From a virus (Duplodnaviria > Caudoviricetes), in the IMG/VR virus record IMGVR_UViG_3300044998_000395, positions 1 to 61,544 of that record: DNA of 61,544 bases; one strand, 5' to 3'. This document shows positions 43,697-53,366 of the stretch, piece after piece. The translations under genes and the position numbers were made by a program. Every line of letters begins with the position of its first letter. The first letter of the stretch is position 1. The notes beneath the pieces are model-generated. The model did no database searches and was not told the origin of the DNA. It worked only from the letters and a program-made list of their open reading frames with translations.

Positions 43697-44147
43697 TACG
43701 ACTCCCGTCTTGCTTGTATGCGAGCATTGTGTACACCTCGAGCTCGCACTCGAACACGCTCCAGTAGAAGTCGGGCGATGTGCACGCGCCCGAGAACACT
43801 TTCGACGCGAAGGCTGCTGCGTGCGGCTTCACAAGGTAGGCGTGCGTGCCGTTCGGCCCCTTACCGCCGTCGCGGGAGCCGCCGAGCCAGACGAGGTCCC
43901 AGCTTGGCGGCAGCTCGACGTCGGCGACCCACTCCGCGTCGTCCTCAAGAACCAGCGTCGGCTCTGTGATGCCACGAAGCGCCTCGGCGTGTGCCAGCGC
44001 GCAGCCTACGCGGGGATCACTGTGGAGGAACCCTGGGCGGAACTGCGGGCGGGGCACCCAGCTCAGGATCTTCGTCTGGCGATCCTTCCGGTGCGGCAGG
44101 GTTATCACCAGCGTTGGGAAGACCGAGTGGCACTTCAGGAATGGCAT
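43680..44147 (-). CDS. Glycosyltransferase family 25-like protein
   Basis: VITLPHRKDR, GCALAH, LVLEDDA, WDLVWLG, THAYLV. Confidence 0.75.
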   Translation of the reverse strand: MPFLKCHSVFPTLVITLPHRKDRQTKILSWVPRPQFRPGFLHSDPRVGCALAHAEALRGITEPTLVLEDDAEWVADVELPPSWDLVWLGGSRDGGKGPNGTHAYLVKPHAAAFASKVFSGACTSPDFYWSVFECELEVYTMLAYKQDGSRSDIRK

Positions 44148-45609
44148 CCATGTCCTCCTCTTCGATGCGCTCGCGCTCGGTTTCCGCGTAAACGTCGTCG
44201 CTCAGCACGCCGCGACGCTTCGTTTCGTTGATGAAGGTCTCGTGAGAGATGTCACGCGAGTCGCGCATCTTCTGGAGCTTGTCCACGTCGTCGCTCGAGC
44301 GGATGGCGATCGCGAAGTCGGAGAAGATGTCAACGCCGAAGTTCTCGTCCATCTCAACGCCGATGAAGGCGTGCGCGTGCTTGAAGCCCTCGAGCAGCCC
44401 AGATTCGACCGCACGAACCCAGACCTGCGACGCGGCGTCGTTGTTCCCCTCGTCGAAGATCTTGCCCGTCGCCGTGCTCGACGCGGAGCGCTCGATCAGG
44501 GGCTGCATACCCATGACCTCCATCTGCTCCTCGAGCTTGTTGATGTCGTCAACGCCTGCCGCGATCGCTGAGCCCTTGTGCTCGACAAACTCGAGTGAGG
44601 CGTTTGTGTTCGACACCGCCTTCACCATGTTGGGCGAGATTGTGATGCCCTTCTCGATCTCCTCGTCGGAGAAGCCCTTCGCGAAGAGCAGCCCGATGCG
44701 CGAGAAGCGCAGGTAGTTGCGGTGGTCGGCCGACGACTGCCAGTGCGCGCAGTTCAGCCAAGCGAGGTCCTCGAACGGCGGAGCCGCGGTGAAGAACCCG
44801 GTTTTCTCGAAGTAGATGGTCACTAGCGGAATGCGCTGCATGACCTCGCCCGCCTGGATGACCTCGACCTCGTCAACGCTTATGAAGTCGTTCTGCGAAG
44901 CGGTCTTCATGTACGTGCGATACTTGCCGGGCTCGAGCACGCGCACCTGGTCCGTGAGCTCCTGCCCGTAGTCGCCGTTAGCCTCCATCTTCGTTTCACG
45001 GATGCGCACCTGCGTCGGGTACTCCTCGCCGGTGACCGGGTCGACGCCGCGGCGCCACCCGATGACGGTAGGCGCGGGCACGTGAACGAAGTAAGGACGA
45101 ATGCCGCCCTCGGTCTCATCGCGCAGCGTCTGCCTGCCGCCGGTCTTCGGGTACTCGACGAGGAAGTGCGTCTTGCCGTGCACGGCCGCGTCGTTCATGA
45201 GCGCCTTCGCGAACTCAGTGAGCGACGTGCCCTGAAGGTCGATGTTGTCCTTCATCGGCTCGAGCTGCGTCGGGAGGTCGCCCTTGATCGTGACAGGCCG
45301 CGAGAACGGCTTCTGCACGATTCGCTTCACCGCGTTCTTGTACCCGTTGTAGAGGACGGCGCGGGAGAGCCGGATGAGGTAGTTCTTCCACTCCTCGCGC
45401 GGCTCGCGCGGGAGCCACTGCTCGCCGGCGGCGCGCATCGCGAGCGTGCCTCCGAGGAGGTCGTGCGGCAGCGCCCACCGCGTCGCCATGACCGCCCACT
45501 CGTTGCTGGGAGACTCGACCTTGTCCTCGCCGTACACGAGCGAGGACACGTCGAGGCGCAGGTGCATGGGCACCGGCGAGAACGGCGTGTAGCGGTCTGA
45601 CGAGCTCAT
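44017..45609 (-). CDS. Portal protein (DUF4055 type)
   Basis: GTLAMRAAGEQWLPR...YLIRLSRA, DNIDLQG.SL, PPFEDLAWLN..HWQSSAD. Confidence 0.9.
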   Translation of the reverse strand: MSSSDRYTPFSPVPMHLRLDVSSLVYGEDKVESPSNEWAVMATRWALPHDLLGGTLAMRAAGEQWLPREPREEWKNYLIRLSRAVLYNGYKNAVKRIVQKPFSRPVTIKGDLPTQLEPMKDNIDLQGTSLTEFAKALMNDAAVHGKTHFLVEYPKTGGRQTLRDETEGGIRPYFVHVPAPTVIGWRRGVDPVTGEEYPTQVRIRETKMEANGDYGQELTDQVRVLEPGKYRTYMKTASQNDFISVDEVEVIQAGEVMQRIPLVTIYFEKTGFFTAAPPFEDLAWLNCAHWQSSADHRNYLRFSRIGLLFAKGFSDEEIEKGITISPNMVKAVSNTNASLEFVEHKGSAIAAGVDDINKLEEQMEVMGMQPLIERSASSTATGKIFDEGNNDAASQVWVRAVESGLLEGFKHAHAFIGVEMDENFGVDIFSDFAIAIRSSDDVDKLQKMRDSRDISHETFINETKRRGVLSDDVYAETERERIEEEDMDAIPEVPLGLPNAGDNPAAPEGSPDEDPELGAPPAVPPRVPPQ

Positions 45610-45815
45610 ACCTTCTCCTCAAGAACCGAGAGGCGTACTTCGTGGTTGTCCAGCTTCTCGTCCATCTTCTCAGCCGCGGACGCGAGCTTGTCCGTTGCCT
45701 TCGCGAGGCTCTCGAGCCGGGTCGAGAGCTTGACGATGAAGACGACTAGCGCGATGCAGTTCATGGCAATCGTGAAGCCCGCTCCCACGATCGCTACGAC
45801 CACAGCCGGGGTCAT
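45606..45815 (-). CDS. Small membrane protein with TM segment and coiled coil
   Basis: Hydrophobic N-terminus, C-terminal HEVRLSVLE. Confidence 0.65.
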   Translation of the reverse strand: MTPAVVVAIVGAGFTIAMNCIALVVFIVKLSTRLESLAKATDKLASAAEKMDEKLDNHEVRLSVLEEKV

Positions 45816-46038
45816 TGGCCGATCTCCAGCTTGACCACGGTCTCGTTGCCGAGGTCACGCTTCATGGAGCTCACGAGTGAGCTGAGGTGCGTGATGGCCG
45901 CGTCGGCAAGGACGCCGTCTGGGACCTGCACGGTAGTCGTAGGCCGTGGGTCGTTCGGCACGAGCTCTGACACAATGCGAACCTTGTGATTGGCGGGATC
46001 AGGATCCCGGATGTCCTTCACGATGTACATGACGATCA
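45812..46038 (-). CDS. Hypothetical protein
   Basis: GGAG RBS before MIVMYIVKDIR. Confidence 0.55.
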
Positions 46039-46052
46039 TTGGTCTTCTCCCA

Positions 46053-47561
46053 TCACACCGTAGAGATTGAGTTCTGTACCAGCCAAGTATAAGTGCCAGG
46101 CAGAACAGTGATGTCGTTAGTGTTACTGATATCATTGTTCTCGAGGAAGAAGGCCGGTGCACCAGCGGCCCCATAGTAGACCAGCTCCGCTTCGACTGCG
46201 AAACGGCCATTGATCACGACGAGATCAGTCCATGGGACGCTGATGACGTTCGTGTCGTTGAACACGTCAACGATGCGCGTGCCAACGCGCAGGTAAGCGT
46301 AGCTCGCGCTCCAGGCACTCGTCTGCACGCCTACGATGACGCCGGGGTTCAGCGTGCCGGTGGCCTCAACGTAGAAGACGACCTTCTGGATGCCAGCGTT
46401 CGCGGCCTCGTGCTTCATCCCGCCACCGGCTTGGAACTGGCCGCCGAGGCTGTACGGTCCGGACACGAACGACAGCATCACCTTGCGAGTCGCCTGCACC
46501 TCGTCAACCATGTCTGGGACAAAGAGGACATCGGCGCTGTTCAGTGCGCGGAAGGTCGGTGTGCCGCTAGACACGGCTGGCGACGCGAAGACGCGTGCAG
46601 CCGACTGGCTTGCCAGCGTCGCCGTCAGCGTGCCAGTGCCCGTGACCGGCGAGCCGCTCACCGTGAAGATGCTCGGCAGGCTCAGCCCGACGCTTGTGAC
46701 TGCTGGCACTGCCGCGTTGACCCAGTTCGTGCCATTGAACATCAGCACTTGTTTCGCTGAAGGCGACGGCACGACGACGTTGGCTAGAGCGTCGAGGTTC
46801 GCGGCGGCGATGCGCGCATCTACCGCGGTCGAGAAGTTGGTGACCTGCGACGCGGTGTGTGTGTGCGAAGGTAGGTCGCCCGCCGAGATCGCGGCATTCA
46901 CCCAAGCGGAGCCGTTCCACCGGAGGTACTGCCCGGAGGCGGGCGTGCTGACCGTGACGTCAGACAGCGCGTCGATGGACGCGGCCGCAATGCGCGCGTC
47001 CGCAGCCGTCGAGAAGTCGGTGATGTTCGCCGCGACGTGGGTATGGGCAGAGGGCGGGAACGTGCTAGGCACCGAGGTCAGCTGGTCCCACGCGATGGAC
47101 AGCAGGGCTTGGTGCTGCGTGACGTTGCTGCCCGCGATCCGCACATCCGCGAACGTGCCGCTCACAATGTCAGCGGCGGCGTGCGTGTGGGCACTCGGAG
47201 CGAAGGTGCTCGGGACGTCGGTCAGCTCGGAGTACGCGACGCTACCGTTCACCCACTGTGAGCCGTTGTACCGGAGGACCTGAGCAGCAGCCGGCGTCGT
47301 GATCGTGACGTCGGTCAGGTCGTTGAGCGTCCCGACGGTGGACACCGTCTGGTTGACCCAGATGGAGCCGTTGTACACGAGCGCCTGCCCGTTGCTCGGC
47401 GTCGTGATCGTGACGTCAGTCAAGCCATCGAGAGTCGTAGCGCCGGCTGGGCCCGCTGGACCCTGCGGCCCCTGGGGACCGACCGTCGCAACCTCGACGA
47501 TCTTATCGGGTCCCGTGACCTCGATGACGTCGGTGCTCGTGATGACCTGGATGATGTCCAT
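46053..47561 (-). CDS. Fibre protein with short collagen-like stretch and internal repeats
   Basis: GPQGPQGPAGPAG, four LxxLxDVxxxxP...xNGxxWVN repeats and three HTH tripeptide (His-Thr-His) repeats. Confidence 0.8.
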   Translation of the reverse strand: MDIIQVITSTDVIEVTGPDKIVEVATVGPQGPQGPAGPAGATTLDGLTDVTITTPSNGQALVYNGSIWVNQTVSTVGTLNDLTDVTITTPAAAQVLRYNGSQWVNGSVAYSELTDVPSTFAPSAHTHAAADIVSGTFADVRIAGSNVTQHQALLSIAWDQLTSVPSTFPPSAHTHVAANITDFSTAADARIAAASIDALSDVTVSTPASGQYLRWNGSAWVNAAISAGDLPSHTHTASQVTNFSTAVDARIAAANLDALANVVVPSPSAKQVLMFNGTNWVNAAVPAVTSVGLSLPSIFTVSGSPVTGTGTLTATLASQSAARVFASPAVSSGTPTFRALNSADVLFVPDMVDEVQATRKVMLSFVSGPYSLGGQFQAGGGMKHEAANAGIQKVVFYVEATGTLNPGVIVGVQTSAWSASYAYLRVGTRIVDVFNDTNVISVPWTDLVVINGRFAVEAELVYYGAAGAPAFFLENNDISNTNDITVLPGTYTWLVQNSISTV

Positions 47562-47887
47562 CAGGTCGTGACCTCCGGGAGGACCTCGAGGACGCCACGG
47601 AGCAGCGTCTGCCTGTCGGTGGTGCTGATCTTGAACTCGACGTCGTAGACGTACTTGCCCTGAGGCAGCGCGGCGAAGCCACTGAAGTCAGCGCGCCCGG
47701 TGAGCGGCGCGGAGATCACGCCGTTGAGCGTGAGCAGCGGCGGGCCCGACGTGTCGTAGGTGGCACGCACCATGCACGTGGCCGTCCAGCCCGTGAGGTC
47801 CCTTGGCGCGCCGGCCGAGTCCTTCCATACGATCGCGAAGGACCAGAGGTCGTTCTCCACGATCTCATACTTCTTGGTGACTGCCAT
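47561..47887 (-). CDS. Fibre adaptor / BppU-like Ig-fold structural protein
   Basis: DLTGWTA...GKYVYDVE......QTLLRG.LEV.PEVT. Coupled to the fibre gene. Confidence 0.65.
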   Translation of the reverse strand: MAVTKKYEIVENDLWSFAIVWKDSAGAPRDLTGWTATCMVRATYDTSGPPLLTLNGVISAPLTGRADFSGFAALPQGKYVYDVEFKISTTDRQTLLRGVLEVLPEVTT

Positions 47888-47922
47888 AAAGCGACGAGCG
47901 GCGTGTCCGCCGCCCGGCGCGG

Positions 47923-48120
47923 TTACTTCGTGTCGTTCGCGATGCCGCTGCGCAGGAAGGCGCCGATCAGCGCGATGGCCGTCATCTGCACGGCGTCCGC
48001 GAGGGTCAGCGCATCCTGGCCCAGCACGGGCTCACCGGCCGCGAAGCCGGCCCAGGCCGCCAGCAGGGTCACACCGGCCGCGATGTACGTCTTCTTTCCA
48101 CTCAAGAAGCCACGGGTCAT
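47923..48120 (-). CDS. Putative holin
   Basis: AAGGAG RBS. MTRGFLSGKKTYIAA, two TM segments, FLRSGI C-terminus. Confidence 0.6.
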   Translation of the reverse strand: MTRGFLSGKKTYIAAGVTLLAAWAGFAAGEPVLGQDALTLADAVQMTAIALIGAFLRSGIANDTK

Positions 48121-48253
48121 AATCGTCTCCTTCAAGAAAGTCTTCCCAGTCAGGTCCAAAGATACACTCCAGCATGTCTCGTCCTCCTGGGTGAGAGGGC
48201 GCGCTGCAGTGACGTACCAAAGCGGGGCACGGCGGTTAGGCCGCGCCCTGCGT

Positions 48254-48547
48254 TCATCGTGCCAAGAGCTGGGCGGCCATGGCCAGCGCGCCCTGCACGA
48301 TGCCGAGCAGGCGGGCATCGACCTGGTCGCCCTGGTTCACAGCCTTGATGCCGGCCTTCAGGGCGACGTTGTCGCGCTCGGCGACGACGGCGTCCCAGAA
48401 GTCAGGCGCCGCCACGAGAGTCGACAGGTGCGTCGCGCGCTCGCTGGCGTACTGGGCCACCTCGTTGAGGTCGGCCGTGAGGTCACGCCCGGCCTCCTCG
48501 GCCGCGCGCTTGAGGATCAACATGAAGTTGTCGATGGGGTCCATCAT
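48254..48547 (-). CDS. Hypothetical protein
   Basis: ATGA-coupled helical 97-aa ORF. Confidence 0.65.
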   Translation of the reverse strand: MMDPIDNFMLILKRAAEEAGRDLTADLNEVAQYASERATHLSTLVAAPDFWDAVVAERDNVALKAGIKAVNQGDQVDARLLGIVQGALAMAAQLLAR

Positions 48548-48897
48548 TCATTCCTTTCCTGGAGCAGTCGCATGGCCTCATCCATGTTAGTGAGGCGCTC
48601 CAGCTTGGAGGCGTCGGCGGCGTTGGGTTCCGCCAGAATGTTCGCACGCGCGGCGTCGCGGATCGCGGGCCACGCGGAGAACGGGATCACGCGCCGGTCA
48701 CCGGCACGCATGGCCGCGTCGAACGCAGCGAAGGTATCCGGCACGGCGGTGGGGCCGGCCTGCACGTCCTGGGCAACGCCTTCCCACGCCATGATGGTCG
48801 TGGGCAGGAGGACGTTGTCCCGGGCGGTCTTGCCCACGCACGCGCCGAGCGCCAGAGTGGCGCACAGGACGACGCAGGCAACGACACTGTTCTTCAT
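48544..48897 (-). CDS. Putative lipoprotein
   Basis: Signal peptide with LGAC lipobox. GAAGGAGG RBS. Confidence 0.7.
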   Translation of the reverse strand: MKNSVVACVVLCATLALGACVGKTARDNVLLPTTIMAWEGVAQDVQAGPTAVPDTFAAFDAAMRAGDRRVIPFSAWPAIRDAARANILAEPNAADASKLERLTNMDEAMRLLQERNE

Positions 48898-48909
48898 GGG
48901 GCCTCCTTC

Positions 48910-50172
48910 TCAATAAGTGGTGTCCTTGCCGACAACCCCGGCAATGGGGAAACGCCTGTGGATGTAATAGCGGATGGCGTCGCTGATGTGAGTCAGCGGG
49001 TCGTCTGCCTTCTTCTCGATGTCTCCCGCTTGGTCGCGGGTGACGCCCTCAAGGTCGCGGATCACGTACTTGCAGGCCTTGTTCACGTGAAGCCGGCCTG
49101 CGCTCGCTCGGGCGTTGACCGCGTTCACGCAGGAGCGTACCTGCGGGTTCGATTCCGGCACGCGCCACTTGAGCTGGCCCGGGAACAGCGGGTTCAGCGT
49201 CTGCCGCACGAGGTCCCAGTCGCTGCCCTGCACCTTCGCTGACCCGCGGTTGCCGCCGGTCGCGTCACCGTAGAGCAGGATGCCCTGCTTGTGGTCCTTG
49301 AACTTCTCCGCGAAGACCTTACATACCTTGGGTGTGTTGCTGTCCTGCTTGATGTACACCTCGTCGACGACGACCGTGCCAAGCTCCGGGTGTTCCTGCA
49401 CGACGGCCGCGACGCCCGGCTCGACGTTGAAGTCGAGGCAGAGGGCGACGTCCCAGTCGGGGTTGTACTTGACCTCGACGAGGTGCTTCGAGGAGTCGAA
49501 CGCGTAGTAGGCACGCCCCGCGAAGTTTACGAACGAGGCCTTGATCTCTTGGTCGTACGTGAGAGGGTCGAGGTCGCGCTTGAGGCGCTCGATCTCGTCA
49601 GCGGGCAGGACCTCCTCGGACGTCCACGTGAAGCAACCCCAGTCAGTGTCGCCCAGCGCGTCGGTCCAGAGCTCGTAGAAGTGGTCACGGCCCTCGGGCG
49701 TGCCCGTGAAGTCAGCCGTCCCGTTGCGCTCGGCCAGCATGGGCCGCACGTGCTCGCCCCACACCTCGGGCTTCATGTCCGCGAACTCGTCGAACTGGAT
49801 GTGGTCCAGCGGCGAGCCTTCGATGCGGGCAGGCTCGTCGAGTCCTGCACACTCGACCGTGACGCCGTTGACCAGCGTCAGCTTCATCTCTCCGTCCAGC
49901 GGCTTGCCCACCGTGAACGGCTTGAACATCCGCTTGATCGGCTTCCAGAAGATGTTCTTGGCCTGCCTGTGCGTAGGCGCCGCGAACACGATCCGGCCGT
50001 CCTCATGCTCGATCTCGAAGGCCCGGCGGAACCCGCGAGCCTTGCCCGTCATGGTCTTGCCCGAGCGACGGCCGGCGGGCACGACGTTGAAGCGCTTGCG
50101 GCTCAGCAGGAAGTCCCGCTGAGGAACGACGAGCTTCATCTGCTTAGGCAAGATGACCGCGGAGCTCGTCAT
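48910..50172 (-). CDS. terL: Terminase large subunit
   Basis: AGRRSGKT Walker A, QFDE Walker B, GTPEG, LDFN, HISDAIRY. Confidence 0.95.
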   Translation of the reverse strand: MTSSAVILPKQMKLVVPQRDFLLSRKRFNVVPAGRRSGKTMTGKARGFRRAFEIEHEDGRIVFAAPTHRQAKNIFWKPIKRMFKPFTVGKPLDGEMKLTLVNGVTVECAGLDEPARIEGSPLDHIQFDEFADMKPEVWGEHVRPMLAERNGTADFTGTPEGRDHFYELWTDALGDTDWGCFTWTSEEVLPADEIERLKRDLDPLTYDQEIKASFVNFAGRAYYAFDSSKHLVEVKYNPDWDVALCLDFNVEPGVAAVVQEHPELGTVVVDEVYIKQDSNTPKVCKVFAEKFKDHKQGILLYGDATGGNRGSAKVQGSDWDLVRQTLNPLFPGQLKWRVPESNPQVRSCVNAVNARASAGRLHVNKACKYVIRDLEGVTRDQAGDIEKKADDPLTHISDAIRYYIHRRFPIAGVVGKDTTY

Positions 50173-50362
50173 CGAAGTCCTCTTCGTTCTCGGTCAGCAC
50201 CATGTAGTGTACGTTGCCCACGATCTCGTCGCACTCATAACGGAGGAGGCTCCCGTCAACGATGAGCACGGCCTTGTCGATCTCCTTCCCGATGTCGAAG
50301 GCGAAGCCGTCAAGCAACCCGCCCTTGAACTCAGCCCTTCTGCTCTCCGGTTCCGTTGGCAT
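50144..50362 (-). CDS. Small hypothetical protein
   Basis: GGAG RBS before MPTEPESRRAEFKGGLLDG. Confidence 0.55.
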   Translation of the reverse strand: MPTEPESRRAEFKGGLLDGFAFDIGKEIDKAVLIVDGSLLRYECDEIVGNVHYMVLTENEEDFDDELRGHLA

Positions 50363-50774
50363 AGGCGTTCTCCATTGCCCGGAGCGCCTCGCGGATTCGC
50401 TTCGCCGTGGCGTCCGCGTCGTCGTCCTTGTCGTGCTTGCTCTCGAGGCCAAGCAGCTTATCGAGCCGCTCCTGGGCCGCGATCTTCGTGCGGGCATCGA
50501 CGCCTTCGTCCCGCAGGACGTTCTCGTAGAACGCGATGGCCTTCTCGCGGGCGGTCTCGCGGGTCTCGCCCGCGGCCATCCGCATCAGTTCCCTCGCGTC
50601 GTTGGCAATGCCCTCGTACTTGCGGTGGTCCCACTCGAGCTTGGCCTTCTCGATGAGGAGCTTGACGGCCGCCTTGATGGTCCCCTTGTGGAACCGCCGT
50701 GCCATCATGTCCGAGACGAGCTCGACCAGTTGCTCGTAGGTTGCCTCTGGGAGTTGTTCCTTGTAGCTTCCCAC
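50331..50774 (-). CDS. Putative terminase small subunit
   Basis: Helical protein with AQERLDKLLGLE motif, upstream of terL. Confidence 0.6.
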   Translation of the reverse strand: MGSYKEQLPEATYEQLVELVSDMMARRFHKGTIKAAVKLLIEKAKLEWDHRKYEGIANDARELMRMAAGETRETAREKAIAFYENVLRDEGVDARTKIAAQERLDKLLGLESKHDKDDDADATAKRIREALRAMENAYANGTGEQKG

Positions 50775-50782
50775 ACCAGTTG

Positions 50783-50811
50783 AATATACACCGCACGGCG
50801 GGTGGAGTCAA
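50783..50811 (-). promoter_or_regulatory. Sigma70-like promoter upstream of packaging/structural operon
   Basis: TTGACT-N17-TATATT. Confidence 0.6.
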
Positions 50812-50952
50812 ACGGAAAATGCGGCGAACGCCTCGCGCACGATCTCCATCTCGACTTCTCGAGCGCGCAAGTCTCGCCGAAGCCACCTTTCTACCGAGCA
50901 GCACGATCTTGGGCGGCAGGTATGGGAACTCCTCCGTGCCCAGCATCCATGA

Positions 50953-51216
50953 TCACGGCTTCACCTTCTTGTCGCAGCTCCTGCACCTCGCCTTCCCGTC
51001 GCGAATCACCCAGCTCTTGTTCGTGATCTTCACCTTCTTGCACCCGGGGCACACGCGGTCCGCCGGGATCTTCTTCTCGCGCATCTTGCGCTTGTACTCC
51101 CGCACGTACTCCTTGCGCGCCGCGGGGTCGTCCCAGTTCGCGCGGCGCTTTGACTTCTTCTCCGCCTTCTCGAGTGCGCGTAGGGCGTCACACAAAGCTT
51201 TCACGACATCCGCCAT
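50953..51216 (-). CDS. Basic Zn-finger hypothetical protein
   Basis: GGAG RBS, CPGC...CRSC, Lys/Arg-rich. Confidence 0.65.
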   Translation of the reverse strand: MADVVKALCDALRALEKAEKKSKRRANWDDPAARKEYVREYKRKMREKKIPADRVCPGCKKVKITNKSWVIRDGKARCRSCDKKVKP

Positions 51217-51299
51217 ATTTCATCTCCGTCGCGAAACCGCCAAACCCGTGAGCTTCAGTTCTACCAACGGAAACCGCAACTTCGCTCAGAACCCCTAAC

Positions 51300-51531
51300 C
51301 CATAAACCAGCCAGACAACGTATTCATCTCAACAATAACACAAACTCCATCTTAGCCTACTTAGTGTTATTATTACGTCTATTGTATCCTGGTACCTGTG
51401 GTAGTTAATCAGAGATTTTCCGTTATGACGCGAGTTTGAGTACAGGGTACCGTTCCTTACATTGCGACTAGTCAAGGGTTACCGCTAACCAGCGCGCATT
51501 TTCAGTTTCCTGTATACAAACTGAACCTCAC
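51300..51531. repeat. Non-coding element B, copy 2
   Basis: 51504-51531 matches 26334-26361 at 27 of 28 positions. Shared CAAACTC..CTTAGCCTAC.TAGTG block. Confidence 0.75.
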
Positions 51532-51887
51532 TCGCCGATGCGAACTCGCTCGGGAACCTCTCTCGCCGGCTTTTCCCCAGTCGCCAGCCACTGCGCCAAC
51601 CACGAGAGCTGCGCAACGCCGACCGGCGTCTTCATGGTCACTTCGCCGCTCTCCCACTTGAAGCGCCACCCGGCCGGGGTCCATTTCACCCGCACGACCT
51701 TCGCGCCCTGATATTCCATTCGCAGTGCGTGCTCCTCGTTCTTGCGCGCGGACTGTGATTCGTCCTCGCAGAAGAACCAGCGCCCAGTGCGAAGCTCCCA
51801 CACGGCCTCGCCGCCCTTGCGCACGCACATCCCGCTCTTGCGCATTTCATGCTCGAGCTGCCCGGCTAGCGTGAGTCTTCTAGGCAC
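51528..51887 (-). CDS. Hypothetical protein
   Basis: ORF in minus-strand run. Confidence 0.55.
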   Translation of the reverse strand: MPRRLTLAGQLEHEMRKSGMCVRKGGEAVWELRTGRWFFCEDESQSARKNEEHALRMEYQGAKVVRVKWTPAGWRFKWESGEVTMKTPVGVAQLSWLAQWLATGEKPAREVPERVRIGE

Positions 51888-52114
51888 TTGATGTGCTCCT
51901 TCCAGTTACGGTGTACCCAGCGTATCGCGTCGAGCATGCTCGGGACTGGGGAGTCATTCACGAGCCAGCGCGCCCCGTCGTAGTAGGCGTCGCAGCGCTT
52001 CTCCTTGCACAGGCCGATCCGTACGCCGTACGCGAGAACCGTGTTGTCCGGCATGATGGTGTATTCGATCCCGTTGGCCCGGGCCTCGGCCATCAAGTCG
52101 TCTATGCGGGGCAT
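51866..52114 (-). CDS. Hypothetical protein
   Basis: Likely start MPRIDDLM. Confidence 0.5.
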   Translation of the reverse strand: MPRIDDLMAEARANGIEYTIMPDNTVLAYGVRIGLCKEKRCDAYYDGARWLVNDSPVPSMLDAIRWVHRNWKEHIKCLEDSR

Positions 52115-52187
52115 GTCATGGCCCTCGCGATCATGGCGGAGGCGTGCGCGGCACCCGGGACCTCGCGGTGCTCGTCGAAGAAGATCT

Positions 52188-52556
52188 TCACGCCAGTGCT
52201 CCTGCGATTGAGTTGCGAATCTGCACGCCGGCTGGCGTGTCCTTAGCCAAGGGCAGCTCGATGCGCCCACGAAGGTTACCCAGGCGGTCCTCCCACTGCA
52301 GGCACCACCCGCAGTAGCGCCCGACGAGGTAGGGGACACCGCGTTCCTCGAACTTACGAAGCACCTGCTTCTGGTCCTCGGACAGCGTGCCGTTCCGCGC
52401 CTTCATCTCGATCCAGCACCCGGGCACGTCCTTGCCGCACACGTAGCGGTCTGGGATCCCGGGCTGCTGCATGGCCGATGCGACGAAGGCGATGACGAAG
52501 CAGTTGCACTTCCTCAGCTCGTCGCACATCCATCTTGTGAACTCTGATTCAGTCAA
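52188..52556 (-). CDS. VRR-NUC / PD-(D/E)xK nuclease (resolvase-like)
   Basis: TESEF, GIPDRY, WIEMK...G.LS.DQ. Confidence 0.85.
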   Translation of the reverse strand: MTESEFTRWMCDELRKCNCFVIAFVASAMQQPGIPDRYVCGKDVPGCWIEMKARNGTLSEDQKQVLRKFEERGVPYLVGRYCGWCLQWEDRLGNLRGRIELPLAKDTPAGVQIRNSIAGALA

Positions 52557-52597
52557 CGTCGACTCCTAACACGCCAAGGAGGGCGTCGAGCTGCTCC

Positions 52598-52855
52598 TCA
52601 TTGAGCCGGGTCGTCTTGCTGTTGTCGAACGTCACCACGGTCACGCTGCCGCCTTCCGCCTCCACCTTGTGGTGCTTCTCGGACCACACGACCGGCGTCG
52701 AGCTCGATGTCGTACTCATACAGGTCATTCTCCCAGAGCTCCATGAGGAGCGCTTCCTTCTCGGTCCTGCCTACGCCGAGCTCCAAGCAAACTTGTCTCG
52801 GCAGTTTGTACGGTCGTAGGTTTCCCAGTAGCCATCTAGCACGCTTAGAGATCAT
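52598..52855 (-). CDS. Hypothetical protein
   Basis: ORF only. An alternative-frame ORF (~52549-52719) overlaps its 3' half. Confidence 0.35.
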   Translation of the reverse strand: MISKRARWLLGNLRPYKLPRQVCLELGVGRTEKEALLMELWENDLYEYDIELDAGRVVREAPQGGGGRRQRDRGDVRQQQDDPAQ

Positions 52856-53255
52856 CCCGCTGCTCCAACCCGCAGTGTCGCAGGAAGTCAGGTCGCCCGT
52901 CGTGCTTCTGCTGTACTGCGTGGGTATCGACCTTGGGCGCTACCCCATTGTCGATCGCGGTCATCGCCTCGTGGCACGGGTCGCATACCGCGCGCAGGTC
53001 CCAGAGCGGCTCGAAGTACTTGTAGCGGTAGCTGAGGTGGTGTACCTGCCACGCGTCGCGCTGGCCGCAGCACTCACACCGTTTAGCACTCCGTGCAATC
53101 ACGAGGTCACGCTTCTGTCGCCATTCCTCGCTCTTGAGGTAGGCGTGGTAGGTCTTGCGCGAGCCGAACTCCTGCTCGGCCTGACGCCACGCGGCCCACC
53201 TCGTCATCGTGAGGCAGAGCTCGTCAACCCTGTCCTTGATTCTGTCTGGCGTCAT
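52845..53255 (-). CDS. HNH endonuclease
   Basis: YLKSEEW...R....CECCG.....VHHLSY...DLRAVCDPCH. Confidence 0.8.
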   Translation of the reverse strand: MTPDRIKDRVDELCLTMTRWAAWRQAEQEFGSRKTYHAYLKSEEWRQKRDLVIARSAKRCECCGQRDAWQVHHLSYRYKYFEPLWDLRAVCDPCHEAMTAIDNGVAPKVDTHAVQQKHDGRPDFLRHCGLEQRDDL

Positions 53256-53366
53256 GTTCCCTCTGTTTCAGTTGTTCGTTGCGGCCCACCTTCACCGCCG
53301 CCTTGAGGACTGCCACCTTGTTCAGCAGGTGGATGATCCACATCATGCTCGACTCCTGTGCCCTTC

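Noticed and set aside
46053-47561. Nucleotide repeats as CRISPR array or DGR template/variable repeats
   Set aside because: They are in-frame protein repeats of a fibre. There is no regular repeat-spacer array and no reverse transcriptase in the window
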